This document shows, piece by piece, positions 29,314 to 39,907 of a stretch of 64,000 bases of DNA. The stretch is taken from the NCBI GenBank assembly GCA_049515895.1, contig JBEKTQ010000007.1, positions 64,001 to 128,000 on the forward strand. The letters run 5' to 3'. This DNA comes from Candidatus Bathyarchaeia archaeon (GTDB taxonomy: Archaea; Thermoproteota; Bathyarchaeia; Bathyarchaeales; Bathycorpusculaceae). Made by a program: the position numbers and the translations under genes. Position 1 is the first letter of the stretch. Every line of letters starts with the position of its first letter. The notes under the pieces are model-generated. The model was not told where the DNA came from and made no database searches. It saw only the letters and a list, made by a program, of their open reading frames with translations.

Positions 29314-31380
29314 ATGGGAAAGTATACGTTGATTATCACTGAGAAGCCTGATGCCGCCAAGAGAATAGCTGCAGCTTTGGATGAAAAAGGAAACGGAAAA
29401 AGAAACGTTGACGGCGCGGTACCGTACTATCAGGCTTACCGGAACGGGGATTTAGTTATTGTTCCAGCCCTTGGGCATCTGTACACTGTGGCAGAAAAGA
29501 AGAAACTTCAACGTGACTTTCCAGTTTTTGATTATGAATGGGTTCCGCGATACTTGGCTGAAAAAAACGCGTCCAGAATTCGGGTTTGGCTGAAAGCTAT
29601 ATCTAAACTGGCGGAAAATGCTGAAGTGTTCGTTGATGCATGCGACTACGACATTGAAGGCAGCCTCATTGGCTATTGCATACTCCGATACGCTTGCGGC
29701 GGCAAAGAGCAAACTGCCAAACGTATGAAATATTCCACGCTTACAAACGAGGAGCTGCAGGAATCGTACTGTCACCTTCTTCCGCATTTGGATTTCGCTC
29801 TCGTTCAAGCGGGGTTGGCTAGACATGAAATCGATTGGCTTTACGGCATCAACCTTTCAAGAGCATTAACGTCGGCTGTGAAAAAGACCAGCGGTCATTA
29901 CGCCATGCTAAGCACTGGACGAGTGCAAGGGCCAACGCTCAAGTTGGTTGAAGATCGAGAAAAAACGATTGGGTGTTTTGTGCCTACACCGTATTGGACC
30001 CTAACTGCAAGAATAATTGTCGGCGAAGTTGCGTTTGAAGCTGAATACGAAAAAATTCTTGAGAGCATGCAAGAAGCTGAGCAAGTGATGGCTGAATGCA
30101 AAACCGCTAGGAAGGGCGTAGTGGAATCGGTGGCGATGAAAGAGTTTGCCTTACACTCGCCTTTCCCCTTTGACTTGGGGACACTGCAAAGTGAAGCGTA
30201 CCGGCTCTTCAGGTATACGCCGATGCGCACTTCAAGCATCGCTCAGCACCTTTACTTAGATGCTTTAATCTCTTACCCCCGAACAAGTAGCCAAAAACTT
30301 CCGCCGTCGATAGGCTACAAAACGATACTTGGAAAACTGGCAAAAATGTCCGTTTACGCAAAACAGGCTTGTGAACTGATTTCTCAGCCATCTTTAAGGC
30401 CTAATGAGGGACCAAGATTCGATTCCGCGCACCCAGCTATTTACCCTACTGGAGATTCGCTCGGAAAACCCCTTGAGGTCGCTGAACGAAATATTTTTGA
30501 CCTTATAGTGCGCAGGTTTTTGGCTGCTTTGGGTGAACCACCCCTTAGGCAAAGCGTAAAGGTAACGGTTGGAGTCAGCGGAAATAAGTTTAATTTGAGC
30601 GGTGTGCGAACGATTAGGGAAGGTTGGATTCGGCTTTATGAACCCTATGCCCAAATAAAAGATGTTTTATTGCCACCATTAAAAGAAGGTCAATCAGTGA
30701 CTGTTAAGCGGCTGGTTCTTAAAAGCGATTTTACTAAGCCGCCGCCAAGGTATAACCCTCGCAGTTTGCTATTAGAAATGGAGAAAGAGAACATTGGAAC
30801 CAAGGCTACAAGGGCAGCAACCATTCAAACGATACAGGACCGCAAATACGTGTGCGGAACAGGGAGCCTTGCTGTTTCGCAGCTTGGCTTTGAAGTCGTT
30901 GAAATCCTGACGACTTATTGCCCAACCGTTGTTTCGTCCGAACTGACGAGAAGCCTTGAGCGGGAAATGGCTAATATTCAAGAAGGTAAAGAAACGAAAG
31001 AAGCGGTGTTGCGAAACGCTGTTTCCCTGCTGGAGCCGGTTATGTCAGAGCTCAAGGCGAAGGAATCCGTAATCGGTCAACGATTAAGCGAAACGTTAAA
31101 GAAAAATCGACTCGAAGAAAGGACAGTTGGGGCTTGCCCAAAATGTGCTAGCGGGAAACTGGTTATTTTGCGCTCCCAAAAAACTGGCAAACGATTTGTC
31201 GGTTGCACAAACTATTTCGTAGGCAAATGCAGCGTCACTTTTCCGCTTCCTCAAAAAGGTGCAATAAAGGCTTTAAGAAAACCCTGCAAAAGCTGTGGAT
31301 TACCGATGATAAGTGTATGGCTAAGAGGAAAGCAGTCTTGGACGCTATGCTTAAACCCTGATTGCCACGAAAAGAGATGA
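29314..31380 (+). CDS. topA: Type IA DNA topoisomerase
   Basis: TOPRIM EKP/DYDIEG, STGRVQGP, catalytic LISYPRT, C-terminal Zn ribbons. Confidence 0.97.
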   Translation: MGKYTLIITEKPDAAKRIAAALDEKGNGKRNVDGAVPYYQAYRNGDLVIVPALGHLYTVAEKKKLQRDFPVFDYEWVPRYLAEKNASRIRVWLKAISKLAENAEVFVDACDYDIEGSLIGYCILRYACGGKEQTAKRMKYSTLTNEELQESYCHLLPHLDFALVQAGLARHEIDWLYGINLSRALTSAVKKTSGHYAMLSTGRVQGPTLKLVEDREKTIGCFVPTPYWTLTARIIVGEVAFEAEYEKILESMQEAEQVMAECKTARKGVVESVAMKEFALHSPFPFDLGTLQSEAYRLFRYTPMRTSSIAQHLYLDALISYPRTSSQKLPPSIGYKTILGKLAKMSVYAKQACELISQPSLRPNEGPRFDSAHPAIYPTGDSLGKPLEVAERNIFDLIVRRFLAALGEPPLRQSVKVTVGVSGNKFNLSGVRTIREGWIRLYEPYAQIKDVLLPPLKEGQSVTVKRLVLKSDFTKPPPRYNPRSLLLEMEKENIGTKATRAATIQTIQDRKYVCGTGSLAVSQLGFEVVEILTTYCPTVVSSELTRSLEREMANIQEGKETKEAVLRNAVSLLEPVMSELKAKESVIGQRLSETLKKNRLEERTVGACPKCASGKLVILRSQKTGKRFVGCTNYFVGKCSVTFPLPQKGAIKALRKPCKSCGLPMISVWLRGKQSWTLCLNPDCHEKR

Positions 31381-31386
31381 CAAAGC

Positions 31387-31611
31387 ATGAAATGTAAGAT
31401 TTGCGGTAGAGATGCGGAAGAGGGCGGTTTTTGCGTTTTGCATTTTAGTGCTTATCAAAATATTTTGGAGAAATTTGAGGTATGGCGAAAAGCTTCCGGA
31501 TTAGGGTGGATGGATTATCTGGTTGAGATTCAGAAAAATTCATTAACTGGAGTATGGGCTAAAGAGGTGGTAGAGCAACTAATTAAGGATGAGAATGGAA
31601 ATGTCAAGTAA
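31387..31611 (+). CDS. Small CxxC...CxxH zinc-binding hypothetical protein
   Basis: MKCKICGR...FCVLH; tightly spaced between topA and the next gene. Confidence 0.8.
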   Translation: MKCKICGRDAEEGGFCVLHFSAYQNILEKFEVWRKASGLGWMDYLVEIQKNSLTGVWAKEVVEQLIKDENGNVK

Positions 31612-32026
31612 ACTAAAGAAGCGGTCTTCCGACGTGTCCTTTTCGTTGAGTCGCTGGTTCCAAAGAATCTCAACAACAACCCCCACAGCACTCATACTAA
31701 CTATTGTAGGGGTTGGTTACGCAATTTTCCTTTTCGGCGGCGGCCTGTACACTCTCATCACACACCCCGCCCCAGCTTATTTAGGCAACACAGTAATCTA
31801 TTTCCTGTACCCGAGCATCAGCGGGCAATTCATTTCCGATACTATTATAGCCTGCATACTGTACGCTTTTGGCTTCGCCGGCTTATTCGCAATTTACCAG
31901 AGCACTAGAAGCGCCTACAAGCCAAGACAAGCCTACATGTTACTTATTATAGGCGTAACATTTTTGCTTCTGTCATACATATTCTTGGAAGGCGCAATCT
32001 CGTTCAAAGCCCACGGTGGAGCCTAA
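31601..32026 (+). CDS. OSTC/DC2-like (OST3/OST6 family TM domain) membrane protein
   Basis: Three TMs; FLFGGGLY...P, FLYP...GQFI and LLLSY...K motifs match the eukaryotic OSTC pattern by eye. Confidence 0.7.
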   Translation: MSSKLKKRSSDVSFSLSRWFQRISTTTPTALILTIVGVGYAIFLFGGGLYTLITHPAPAYLGNTVIYFLYPSISGQFISDTIIACILYAFGFAGLFAIYQSTRSAYKPRQAYMLLIIGVTFLLLSYIFLEGAISFKAHGGA

Positions 32027-32202
32027 TCTGCCTTCTTAGTTTTTTCGCGCGCAACCTCGTAAATTCTAAATTAGCCAGCTTAAGTGTGGAGCTTTTTCCG
32101 CATAATCATCAAATCGCTGCCAAAACATTTTGATTTTTTTCAACCAAAACTAGTTTTTCCTGGATGAATTCATGTCAGACAGCATGTTGAGAAAGTAGTT
32201 CT

Positions 32203-32697
32203 TCACCAGGGGTTCTTTTTCAGCTTCAATTTGAAAGCTAAGTAATTTGTGAATAGATGAATGGGCGGGGTAATTAACAGAACTGTAACTGCCAGTTGCC
32301 AACTTACGATGGCTAAAGGAATCGCAAATACAATTGCCCCGACAACAAAATCGACTTGGTCAACGATGGGCAGCAAGCCCCCCGGCGCAATTCCTACTCT
32401 TCTCTTTAGAAAAGCGCCTGTCAAATCGCCTAAGAGCGCTCCTAAAGGAATCAAAAAGGCGAATAAAATTGGAAAATGAAAAGCCACAATTTCCATCACA
32501 CCAACCATTATCCCGATGGCAAGGCCGAAGAAGAAGCCTCTGAAAGTTTTGTTATCACCGAAAACCCGTTTCCCGTCAAGAAAGTTTTTGCCAAAATCCA
32601 TCTTTGTTCCACCACCCGCAAGAACGGGCGTGGCGTTTGCGCAGTAAGCTGGGAAAATGAATTTTAGTGCATCAATGACTAGCAAGGCTATGCTCAT
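32203..32697 (-). CDS. carS: CDP-archaeol synthase
   Basis: PAYCANATP, DGKRVFGDNKT, GDLTGAFLKRR, DQVDF, KKNPW. Confidence 0.95.
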   Translation of the reverse strand: MSIALLVIDALKFIFPAYCANATPVLAGGGTKMDFGKNFLDGKRVFGDNKTFRGFFFGLAIGIMVGVMEIVAFHFPILFAFLIPLGALLGDLTGAFLKRRVGIAPGGLLPIVDQVDFVVGAIVFAIPLAIVSWQLAVTVLLITPPIHLFTNYLAFKLKLKKNPW

Positions 32698-32708
32698 ACG
32701 TTCAACCG

Positions 32709-33422
32709 TTAATATTCTCGGATTTCAGTATCTTGTATTCCAGATTCGAGTATTTGTACATAACAGTTGATTTCTTGGGAGTTTCCTGGTGCCTTTTCAA
32801 TGACGGCTTTCAAGGTTTGGGCATACTGGGTCGGTTTCAAAAAAATTATTGTATCAGCCCAGAACTTCAAAACTCTGTTGGCTACTGGTGCAACACTTAC
32901 GTTTTCGCTATCAAAAACGCTTCGAACTTGGCTGATTACGATTACAGGAATTTTTCGGATTTTTGCTGTCTGCGCTAAAATTGCCAATTGCCTGTTTAAC
33001 TCACGGTTTACGCTGAAAGCTTTACCTGATTGCTCAGCGACTTCCGCACCGTAAAGTGAAGTCACCGTGTCAATTATTATTAACCCAAAATTTTTAGCCG
33101 TGTAATCTTGAATTCGATCAACAACGGCTGTCTGCTCACGGAAATCCTTGGGTTTAATCAAAATAACTTGTTCCGCAACTTGGTCAAATCTCTCTTTTGA
33201 AAGCTGCGACATTCTTTTCGTTGAGAAAGTGTTGTCGCAATCGATGAAGAGGGTTTTGTAGTTTTGCAATGCGCAGCTGATCGCGCATTGTATGGCAAGC
33301 GTTGTTTTTCCGGTTTCAGGTTCACCATAAATTAAAACTACGTTTTCAGGTAAGATTCCTCCGCCGATGTTGTTGTCGATGCATTTGCAGCCTGTGCTGA
33401 TCGTAACCATTTTTATACCCAA
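32709..33422 (-). CDS. radB: DNA repair and recombination protein RadB
   Basis: Short RecA fold lacking the N-terminal domain; GEPETGKT Walker A; IIIDT Walker B. Confidence 0.88.
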   Translation of the reverse strand: MGIKMVTISTGCKCIDNNIGGGILPENVVLIYGEPETGKTTLAIQCAISCALQNYKTLFIDCDNTFSTKRMSQLSKERFDQVAEQVILIKPKDFREQTAVVDRIQDYTAKNFGLIIIDTVTSLYGAEVAEQSGKAFSVNRELNRQLAILAQTAKIRKIPVIVISQVRSVFDSENVSVAPVANRVLKFWADTIIFLKPTQYAQTLKAVIEKAPGNSQEINCYVQILESGIQDTEIREY

Positions 33423-33486
33423 GTTTTATTAAACTTGAAACTAGTAATGTGTTTTGCACTTAAACGTATACTATAAGGTTGATTGG

Positions 33487-34143
33487 GTGAAAGAAAAAGT
33501 TGCGGTGGCAACGGTACAAGGGAAAGCTTACTTTCTTATCGTTAACGTGTTACATGAGCAAGATATTCCCCTTGTGAGTTTGGTTCCAGGTGCGTCTGTG
33601 CCTTCTGAAGTTAAAGTCGTAATAACCACCGAAAAAGAAAAACACTTGATTAGTCACGAAAAAATTCTGGTCTTGCCTGAAGATGGTGAACTGGATACTT
33701 TGGTCGATGAAGTAAAGCGGATTCTTCATGGAAAAGAAGCGTACGAAAAAATAATAGTCGGTGTTGACCCAGGCGGAGCTATTGGGCTCGCTGTGATCGC
33801 TGACGGCAAAGTCATTGAGGAAAAAAACTGTTTCAGCATAAAAGAGCTTGTCGAATGCATAGTTAAGATGGTTAGGAACGTTAATTTTTGTTTGACAAAT
33901 GTTTCAGTCAAAATCGGCAATGGAGTTCCTATCTGCCAAGAAATTGTTGAAAACTTGGATAACGCGTTGCTGCCTCAGGTTGCGCTTGAAGTGGTAAGCG
34001 AAGAAGGGACTAATCGACCCTTAAAAAAAGCTGGGCGTAGCAGAAAAATCAGGCATATCTCTTCAGCCATACGAATAGCAGCGAGAACAGGCTACATTGT
34101 TCCAAGGGGAAAGCTAATTGCAACGGACAGTAGAATCCAGTAA
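33487..34143 (+). CDS. Hypothetical protein with RNase H-like (YqgF-like) domain
   Basis: IVGVDPG...GLAV, KIGNG, VSEEGT motifs. Confidence 0.75.
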   Translation: MKEKVAVATVQGKAYFLIVNVLHEQDIPLVSLVPGASVPSEVKVVITTEKEKHLISHEKILVLPEDGELDTLVDEVKRILHGKEAYEKIIVGVDPGGAIGLAVIADGKVIEEKNCFSIKELVECIVKMVRNVNFCLTNVSVKIGNGVPICQEIVENLDNALLPQVALEVVSEEGTNRPLKKAGRSRKIRHISSAIRIAARTGYIVPRGKLIATDSRIQ

Positions 34144-35203
34144 GACAATATTAGTAAACGGCCCCGCATCCGTTAAGGTTGTTTCTGGAAGTGCAGAGAT
34201 CTTCGGCTTCCAAGTTAAACCGTCTAAAAAGGTAGTTGTTCGAGAAGGAAAGCGACTGCCATTTTTCGTGCTTGAAAAATCAGTATTTGACCTGTCGTTA
34301 GGTCCCAACGCAGAAATAGAAGAGACCGCTGGCAGCACAATCCCCGATTCATGGAATAAACCTCTCGAAACAATTTTGATAATGCAGAAAAAACCAGTGG
34401 TTGTTTTGGTTCTGGGAAAAATTGACTCCGGGAAAAGCAGTTACTGCACTTACTTGGTGAACAAGTTGTTGGATGGCAAGTGCAGGGTTGCCGTTTTAGA
34501 CGGCGATTTAGGCCAATCGGACATTGGATCTTCAGGCACCGTCAGCTATGCCATTGCTTCTAGGCCTGTCGCGGAATTGTATGATTTGAAGCTTGAGAAT
34601 GCTTTTTTCGTTGGTGTCACCTCGCCGATGATGGCGATTGTCACCGTAATTGAAGGCTTGGCTGCTTTGAAGGCTGAAATTTTGCAGAGACCCGTTGATT
34701 TTGTAGTAGTTAACACAGACGGTTGGGTTGAAGGCGATATTGCAGTGCGGTACAAGACGGAGTTAGTTAAAGAGTTAAAACCCGACATTATCGTTGGAGT
34801 TCAAGCGGCAGACGAAATTAACAAGTTGATAGAAAATATAGGGCAAGCAGTGCTTAAAGTTGAGCTTTCTTCGTCTCTTAGCCAACGAACTGCGGAAAAA
34901 CGCAAAAGCCTCAGGGAAATGACTTACGCAAGGTACCTGAAGGACGCAAAGCTTCAAAACTACCCCATAAGCCAGGTGGTTGTTGAACCGCCAGGTGGTC
35001 TTCCAAAGAATCAGACGCCGGAGAAAGGATTGCTTGTCGGGCTGTATGCGTCAGCAAGCAAATTTTTAGGAATCGGCGTCTTGCGCGAGATTAACCAGGT
35101 GAGACGAGCTTTAAAAGTGCAAACGGCTGTTTCAGCCAAGCCGTTGAGAATTGTTATAGGGAAAGTTTGTTTAGATGAGAAGTTGAGGGAAATTCAAGAT
35201 TGA
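34118..35203 (+). CDS. Clp1/Grc3-family polynucleotide 5'-hydroxyl kinase
   Basis: GKIDSGKS, DGDLGQSDIG, NTDGW motifs. Confidence 0.92.
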   Translation: MQRTVESSKTILVNGPASVKVVSGSAEIFGFQVKPSKKVVVREGKRLPFFVLEKSVFDLSLGPNAEIEETAGSTIPDSWNKPLETILIMQKKPVVVLVLGKIDSGKSSYCTYLVNKLLDGKCRVAVLDGDLGQSDIGSSGTVSYAIASRPVAELYDLKLENAFFVGVTSPMMAIVTVIEGLAALKAEILQRPVDFVVVNTDGWVEGDIAVRYKTELVKELKPDIIVGVQAADEINKLIENIGQAVLKVELSSSLSQRTAEKRKSLREMTYARYLKDAKLQNYPISQVVVEPPGGLPKNQTPEKGLLVGLYASASKFLGIGVLREINQVRRALKVQTAVSAKPLRIVIGKVCLDEKLREIQD

Positions 35204-37128
35204 CCTTTGAAAAAGTCTCTTATTTCCTTTGCCAAAACACCTTTTTCGTTCTGAAGCGTTTTCATGCCATTGGTTATCCATGTTGGTAGGAAGCTGCGGC
35301 AGTAGCTCGTGGAGAATCGGTAATCCAAAAAGATAATTGCTCCCATATCATCTAACGTTCTTATCGGTCTTCCTGCGGCCTGAGACGCTTTTTTCATGGC
35401 AGGCAAAATGTACCCGTATTCGCGACCGAACCCTGGAAAACGCTTCTCATAATATGCAATCTGCGCTTTCACCCTCGGCGTCGGCTCCGCATATGGGACA
35501 CCTGCAACCACAACAGAGTTCATTTGGTTGCCCGGGAAATCCACGCCCTCCGAGGTTCTTCCTCCCTGCACACCGAGGAAAACGGCGCCGCCTTTGCTAC
35601 CAAATGCCTTAAAATCTTGGACCATTTTCTCGTTGGCTTTAGAAGTCATATCTCTTCGCTCATGAAAAAGCGGTTTCTGCAATGAATTCTCTAAGCCTTC
35701 GTTAACTAGCGAATTTAAAACTTCAAATGAGGCGGCAAAAACCCCAGTGTTAGTCGGAGTGTTCTCCACCACCTCGTTTATTCGCTCTATCATTGTCTGG
35801 TACATGCCTGGGGTTCTTTTCTCCAAAGATGTGCTGACACCACAGCAAACCGCCGAGAAAATGTGCTCCCTAGGAAAAGGCGACGGCACAATGCATTCAA
35901 CGGTATTCTGAGGTAGTTTAGTTATTCTTTCAAAAGCCCTAAGAGGCTGAAGCGTACCTGACATTATCACGTTGGAGTAAGTCGATGAGAAAACGGGTTC
36001 TGTGATTTTCGACGGGTCCAAGGCAACAATCTGCAGCTTCGCCGTCCTGTTTCTTTCCTTATTCAGGTAGCAGCTTGCAACGTTAATGTAAGAGTCGTCT
36101 CCCAAAGTGTCAATACATTTAAGCAGAAACTCGCTCATCGCATGAATATAAGAACGTGGATTCTTCCCTTCAGCCAACAAGCTCTTCCTGATTGCGCTGC
36201 CTGCATCATGTAGCTGCTCAAAAAACTCGCGTGGATTTTTGATGTTTCCTTGCTTCTCGATGATCTCAATTATGGATTCGGGAGAAATGATTTCTTCTCG
36301 GTGGACATGTTCAATTAGTTTTTCCACTTCAGTTCTAAAGAATAAAGTAAACTCTTCAGCGTCCTTGTTATGGAATCTGTTTGCTTCCAGTTCTGCCTGC
36401 TTCATCACAAAAAGCGAAAGACTTATGCTTGAAATCTCGATGGCTGTTTCAGGTAAGTTGTGGGCTTCATCAACTATCAATATGATTTTCCCAAGTTCAG
36501 TCTCCAAGTTTTTCAGAAAAGCATTTCGGATTGCAGGATCGAAAACGTAGAGGTAGCTTAATGCAATTACTTTGGCGTCTGATAGGGCTGCCTTGACTAA
36601 TTCATAAGGGCAGACTTTTTTTTTCTTGCAAATCCCTATGATTTCCGAGGCCATGTACGGTTTGGTTGCAACTTGTTGCTGAAGCACAAGGTAATCATAT
36701 GTTCGCTCGTCTACGCCTACGTAATATGGGCATCTGCCTTTGGCTTTGAGTAATTCGCAGACTTCCATAAGTGATTTTGAATCAAATGCGCCTCTCTGCG
36801 CGAAAACGTTTAGGCACATCTCGTTGCGTCCGCGGATTGAAACACCTGAAATACGGTGCTTATTGTATATTGCTCGTAACTCTTCTATGACCCTGTCATG
36901 CTGCCGATGAGTTCTAGCAACATAAAGTATCTTCAAGTTCTTCTCAACGGCTACGGGCACGCAAGCGGAAAGAGCCGAAATGGTTTTTCCTAACCCGTTG
37001 CTACCTTCAATCAGAACCGAGCGCCTCTCATGCACAGCATTGTAAACCGTGCTGACGAACTCATCTTGGTGGGGTCGCACGCTGGAGTAAGGAAAGAACG
37101 CGGATACTTGACTAGGCAGCTTAAGCAT
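35194..37128 (-). CDS. xpd: XPD/Rad3-family Fe-S DNA helicase
   Basis: GSNGLGKT, Fe-S cysteines, DEAHNL, SGTL, QAAGRPIR. Confidence 0.93.
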   Translation of the reverse strand: MLKLPSQVSAFFPYSSVRPHQDEFVSTVYNAVHERRSVLIEGSNGLGKTISALSACVPVAVEKNLKILYVARTHRQHDRVIEELRAIYNKHRISGVSIRGRNEMCLNVFAQRGAFDSKSLMEVCELLKAKGRCPYYVGVDERTYDYLVLQQQVATKPYMASEIIGICKKKKVCPYELVKAALSDAKVIALSYLYVFDPAIRNAFLKNLETELGKIILIVDEAHNLPETAIEISSISLSLFVMKQAELEANRFHNKDAEEFTLFFRTEVEKLIEHVHREEIISPESIIEIIEKQGNIKNPREFFEQLHDAGSAIRKSLLAEGKNPRSYIHAMSEFLLKCIDTLGDDSYINVASCYLNKERNRTAKLQIVALDPSKITEPVFSSTYSNVIMSGTLQPLRAFERITKLPQNTVECIVPSPFPREHIFSAVCCGVSTSLEKRTPGMYQTMIERINEVVENTPTNTGVFAASFEVLNSLVNEGLENSLQKPLFHERRDMTSKANEKMVQDFKAFGSKGGAVFLGVQGGRTSEGVDFPGNQMNSVVVAGVPYAEPTPRVKAQIAYYEKRFPGFGREYGYILPAMKKASQAAGRPIRTLDDMGAIIFLDYRFSTSYCRSFLPTWITNGMKTLQNEKGVLAKEIRDFFKGQS

Positions 37129-37795
37129 GTTTATCCCCTAAACCGTTCGACGGACAATAACAGTTAACTGGGCAGTAATGACAGCGTGGGCGTTTTGCTT
37201 TGCAATATTTCCTGCCGTGTGCAATAAACAGCAAATGAACAGCCAAATAATCCTTTGGCTCAAAAACTGACTGGAGGCTCAAGCGTACAGCCTCGTAGTC
37301 CCCGATTGACGGTGCTAAACCAAGTCGTTTAGACACCCGGTTCACGTGGGTGTCCACGGGGATGGTGGCTTGGTTGGCTGAGAATAGCAAGACAACATCA
37401 GCCGTTTTCGGTCCTACTCCAGGCAACTCCATAAGCTTTTTTCTCGCGTCATCCAAAGGCAAAGATAAAACAGGCGCAAGTGAGCCACTGAACTTTTCAA
37501 CAATTATTTTGGAGGCTGCTTGTATTGCCTTAGCCTTGCTACGGTATAAGCCCGCAACGTGAAGGCAGACTTCAATCTTGTCCGCTTCAGCGTTAGCCAT
37601 CGCTTGAGGAGTTACTTCGAAGTGCTTCGACAAGCATTCGAAGGCTCTTTCGGTGATGGTATCAGCCGTGTTCTGTGAAATAATAGTTACAACCAATGTT
37701 TCAAATGGATCAAGCTTTGGCTTAACAGGCTTAGGCAAAGCTAGGGCATCTTGTAATGTCTTCAAGATTGTTGTCGCGCCGGGTTGAGACATCAT
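37121..37795 (-). CDS. nth: Endonuclease III
   Basis: HhH LPGVGPKTA, VDTH, 4Fe-4S motif C-x6-C-x2-C-x5-C. Confidence 0.95.
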   Translation of the reverse strand: MMSQPGATTILKTLQDALALPKPVKPKLDPFETLVVTIISQNTADTITERAFECLSKHFEVTPQAMANAEADKIEVCLHVAGLYRSKAKAIQAASKIIVEKFSGSLAPVLSLPLDDARKKLMELPGVGPKTADVVLLFSANQATIPVDTHVNRVSKRLGLAPSIGDYEAVRLSLQSVFEPKDYLAVHLLFIAHGRKYCKAKRPRCHYCPVNCYCPSNGLGDKHA

Positions 37796-38453
37796 CTTTG
37801 CCTTGCCTTCTCTCCTCCGAAAAGTATTGCCAAAACTATTGGTTTGCCAGAGCTATAAATGTCATCTCAAAAAAACCCAATTTAAACGGAGATCCCAAAA
37901 ATGAAAGGCGGTTTTACGAAGCATACTCATACGTTAACGCTTGTCTGCTTCCTCTCGGGCTCCTCCTCTAGACCTGCCCATTGGACTAGGTGAAAACATG
38001 AAATAAGCGCGAGAAAAATAGCCTCCAACAGACGATAATCGCTAACCATCTCTCAATTTTAGAAGCTCTAAAAAACTGGATGGGTATTTTAACCGAGCAG
38101 TACTTTCTTAATTTTTAAAGTTACAACTTGGACCATTGAAGTAGAAGAAGAAGTGAGCACACTGCCATTATCTTCTTCTTTTAATAATTAATCGAAGAGC
38201 GTAACCAATCAGAGAGAAAGAGAAGCTCAACCGATATGTAGACTAATATTTGTGACAAAAAACAGCTTCAAGAAGCTAAACATCCTCAACCAGACGTGAA
38301 ACAAAAACACACTCAAGTTCCCCTACAGGCTAAATTTTAGAAATCCCGCAAACCCATGGATTGCTCGGAATGGATTTTGGCTAGGAAAGGTTTTTAGTGT
38401 GGTTATTATATGAGATGTTGAAAAAGTGTATAGTGTAAAATGAGGTTAATATT

Positions 38454-39182
38454 ATGTCAGTGTTTGCAGCACCAGGAGCATATGACCGTGCAATAACCGT
38501 TTTCTCGCCTGACGGACGACTCTTCCAAGTCGAATACGCAATGGAACTAGTGAACCGTGGAGCCACCATTCTGGGCATCCAATGCCAAGAAGGCTTAGTT
38601 CTGGGCTCAGAAGAAAACATCGAAGTCCTGGAAGAAGCAGGTTACTCATGGAAAATCTTCAGGGTAGATGATCATATTGGCGCGGCAATAGTCGGCTTAA
38701 GTTCAGACGCCAGAATACTCATTGATCAAGCACGGATTTACGCTCAAAGTAACAAACTAACCTACGACGAACCCATAGATGTAGAAGTCGTAACAAAACG
38801 CATATGCGACATCCAACAGATGTACACGCAGCACGCAGGTGTCAGACCTTTCGGGGTCTCCATAATCTTCGGCGGCGTCGACAAAACAGGCACACGAGTC
38901 TTCGGCACACACCCAAGCGGAACCTACAGAGGATACAAAGCAACAGCGCTAGGCGCCGGAAGAGAGACGGTTCTACCAATCCTCAAAGAAGAATACAAAG
39001 AAGACCTAACACTTGACCAAGGCATCAAACTAGCCGTAAAATGCTTAATCAAAGCCTTAGAAGCACGCCAGCTGCCGCCTAGAATAAAGATTTCGGTCAT
39101 ACCATTATCGACTAAAAAGATGGAAATGCTAGCAGACGACAAAGTGGAAGCCTACATCAAAGAGCTGGGTTCAAGCAAGTGA
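38454..39182 (+). CDS. psmA: Proteasome alpha subunit
   Basis: [20 protein letters not shown] signature. Confidence 0.98.
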   Translation: MSVFAAPGAYDRAITVFSPDGRLFQVEYAMELVNRGATILGIQCQEGLVLGSEENIEVLEEAGYSWKIFRVDDHIGAAIVGLSSDARILIDQARIYAQSNKLTYDEPIDVEVVTKRICDIQQMYTQHAGVRPFGVSIIFGGVDKTGTRVFGTHPSGTYRGYKATALGAGRETVLPILKEEYKEDLTLDQGIKLAVKCLIKALEARQLPPRIKISVIPLSTKKMEMLADDKVEAYIKELGSSK

Positions 39183-39189
39183 CAACCTG

Positions 39190-39879
39190 ATGAGTGAAAA
39201 GTTCACCGTTGCACGCCTGACAAAAGAAAATGAGCATTTTGAGATTTTAGTCAAACCCCAAAAAGCACTCGATTACCGCAACGGGAAAATCTCAGGGATA
39301 ACAGACGTCTTAGCCGCAGAAATGATATTTTCTGACGCAAACAAAGGAACCAAAGTTTCCGAGGAATCAATGCGCAAAGCCTTTGGAACCGTTGACGCAT
39401 TACAAATCGCTGATACCATACTGAAGAAGGGAACACTTCAGCTTACAACCGAGCAAAGACGCAAAATGGTTGAAGACAAAAGAAAGCAAATAATCGATTT
39501 CATTGCGCGACAAGCAGTTGACCCCAAAACAAACCTGCCGCATCCTCCAATGCGCATCGAGAATGCGATGGAGCAAATTCGTTACCCGATTGACCCATAC
39601 AAGCCAGTTGAGGAACAAGCTAAAGACATAGTTAAACTGCTGCGTCCGATTTTGCCGCTAAAGATTGAGCAAGTCATAGTCGCAGTGAAAGTGCCCGCCC
39701 AGTACTCAGCAAGAGCTTACGGGTCAGTGAAAACTTTAGGTACTATAAAACGTGAAGAATGGCGTGGAGACGGCTCATGGTACGGCGAATTAGAATTGCC
39801 TGCTGGATCCTACGCCTCGTTGCTAAACAAACTTGGCGACGTAACCAAAGGAAGTGGAGAAGCAAAAATAATCTCATAA
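39190..39879 (+). CDS. Ribosome maturation factor SBDS/Sdo1
   Basis: [23 protein letters not shown]; canonical position in the exosome operon. Confidence 0.96.
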   Translation: MSEKFTVARLTKENEHFEILVKPQKALDYRNGKISGITDVLAAEMIFSDANKGTKVSEESMRKAFGTVDALQIADTILKKGTLQLTTEQRRKMVEDKRKQIIDFIARQAVDPKTNLPHPPMRIENAMEQIRYPIDPYKPVEEQAKDIVKLLRPILPLKIEQVIVAVKVPAQYSARAYGSVKTLGTIKREEWRGDGSWYGELELPAGSYASLLNKLGDVTKGSGEAKIIS

Positions 39880-39907
39880 AGAAAAACAAATGGATGGTGA
39901 AGATTTT

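Noticed and set aside
22790-31380. Inteins in PolB1 or TopA
   Set aside because: Lengths and motif spacing are normal; no intein splice or LAGLIDADG motifs seen.
37927-38049. 40-aa minus-strand ORF MVSDYRLLEAIFLALISCFHLVQWAGLEEEPERKQTSVNV
   Set aside because: No motif or other support; could be chance in a long intergenic gap.
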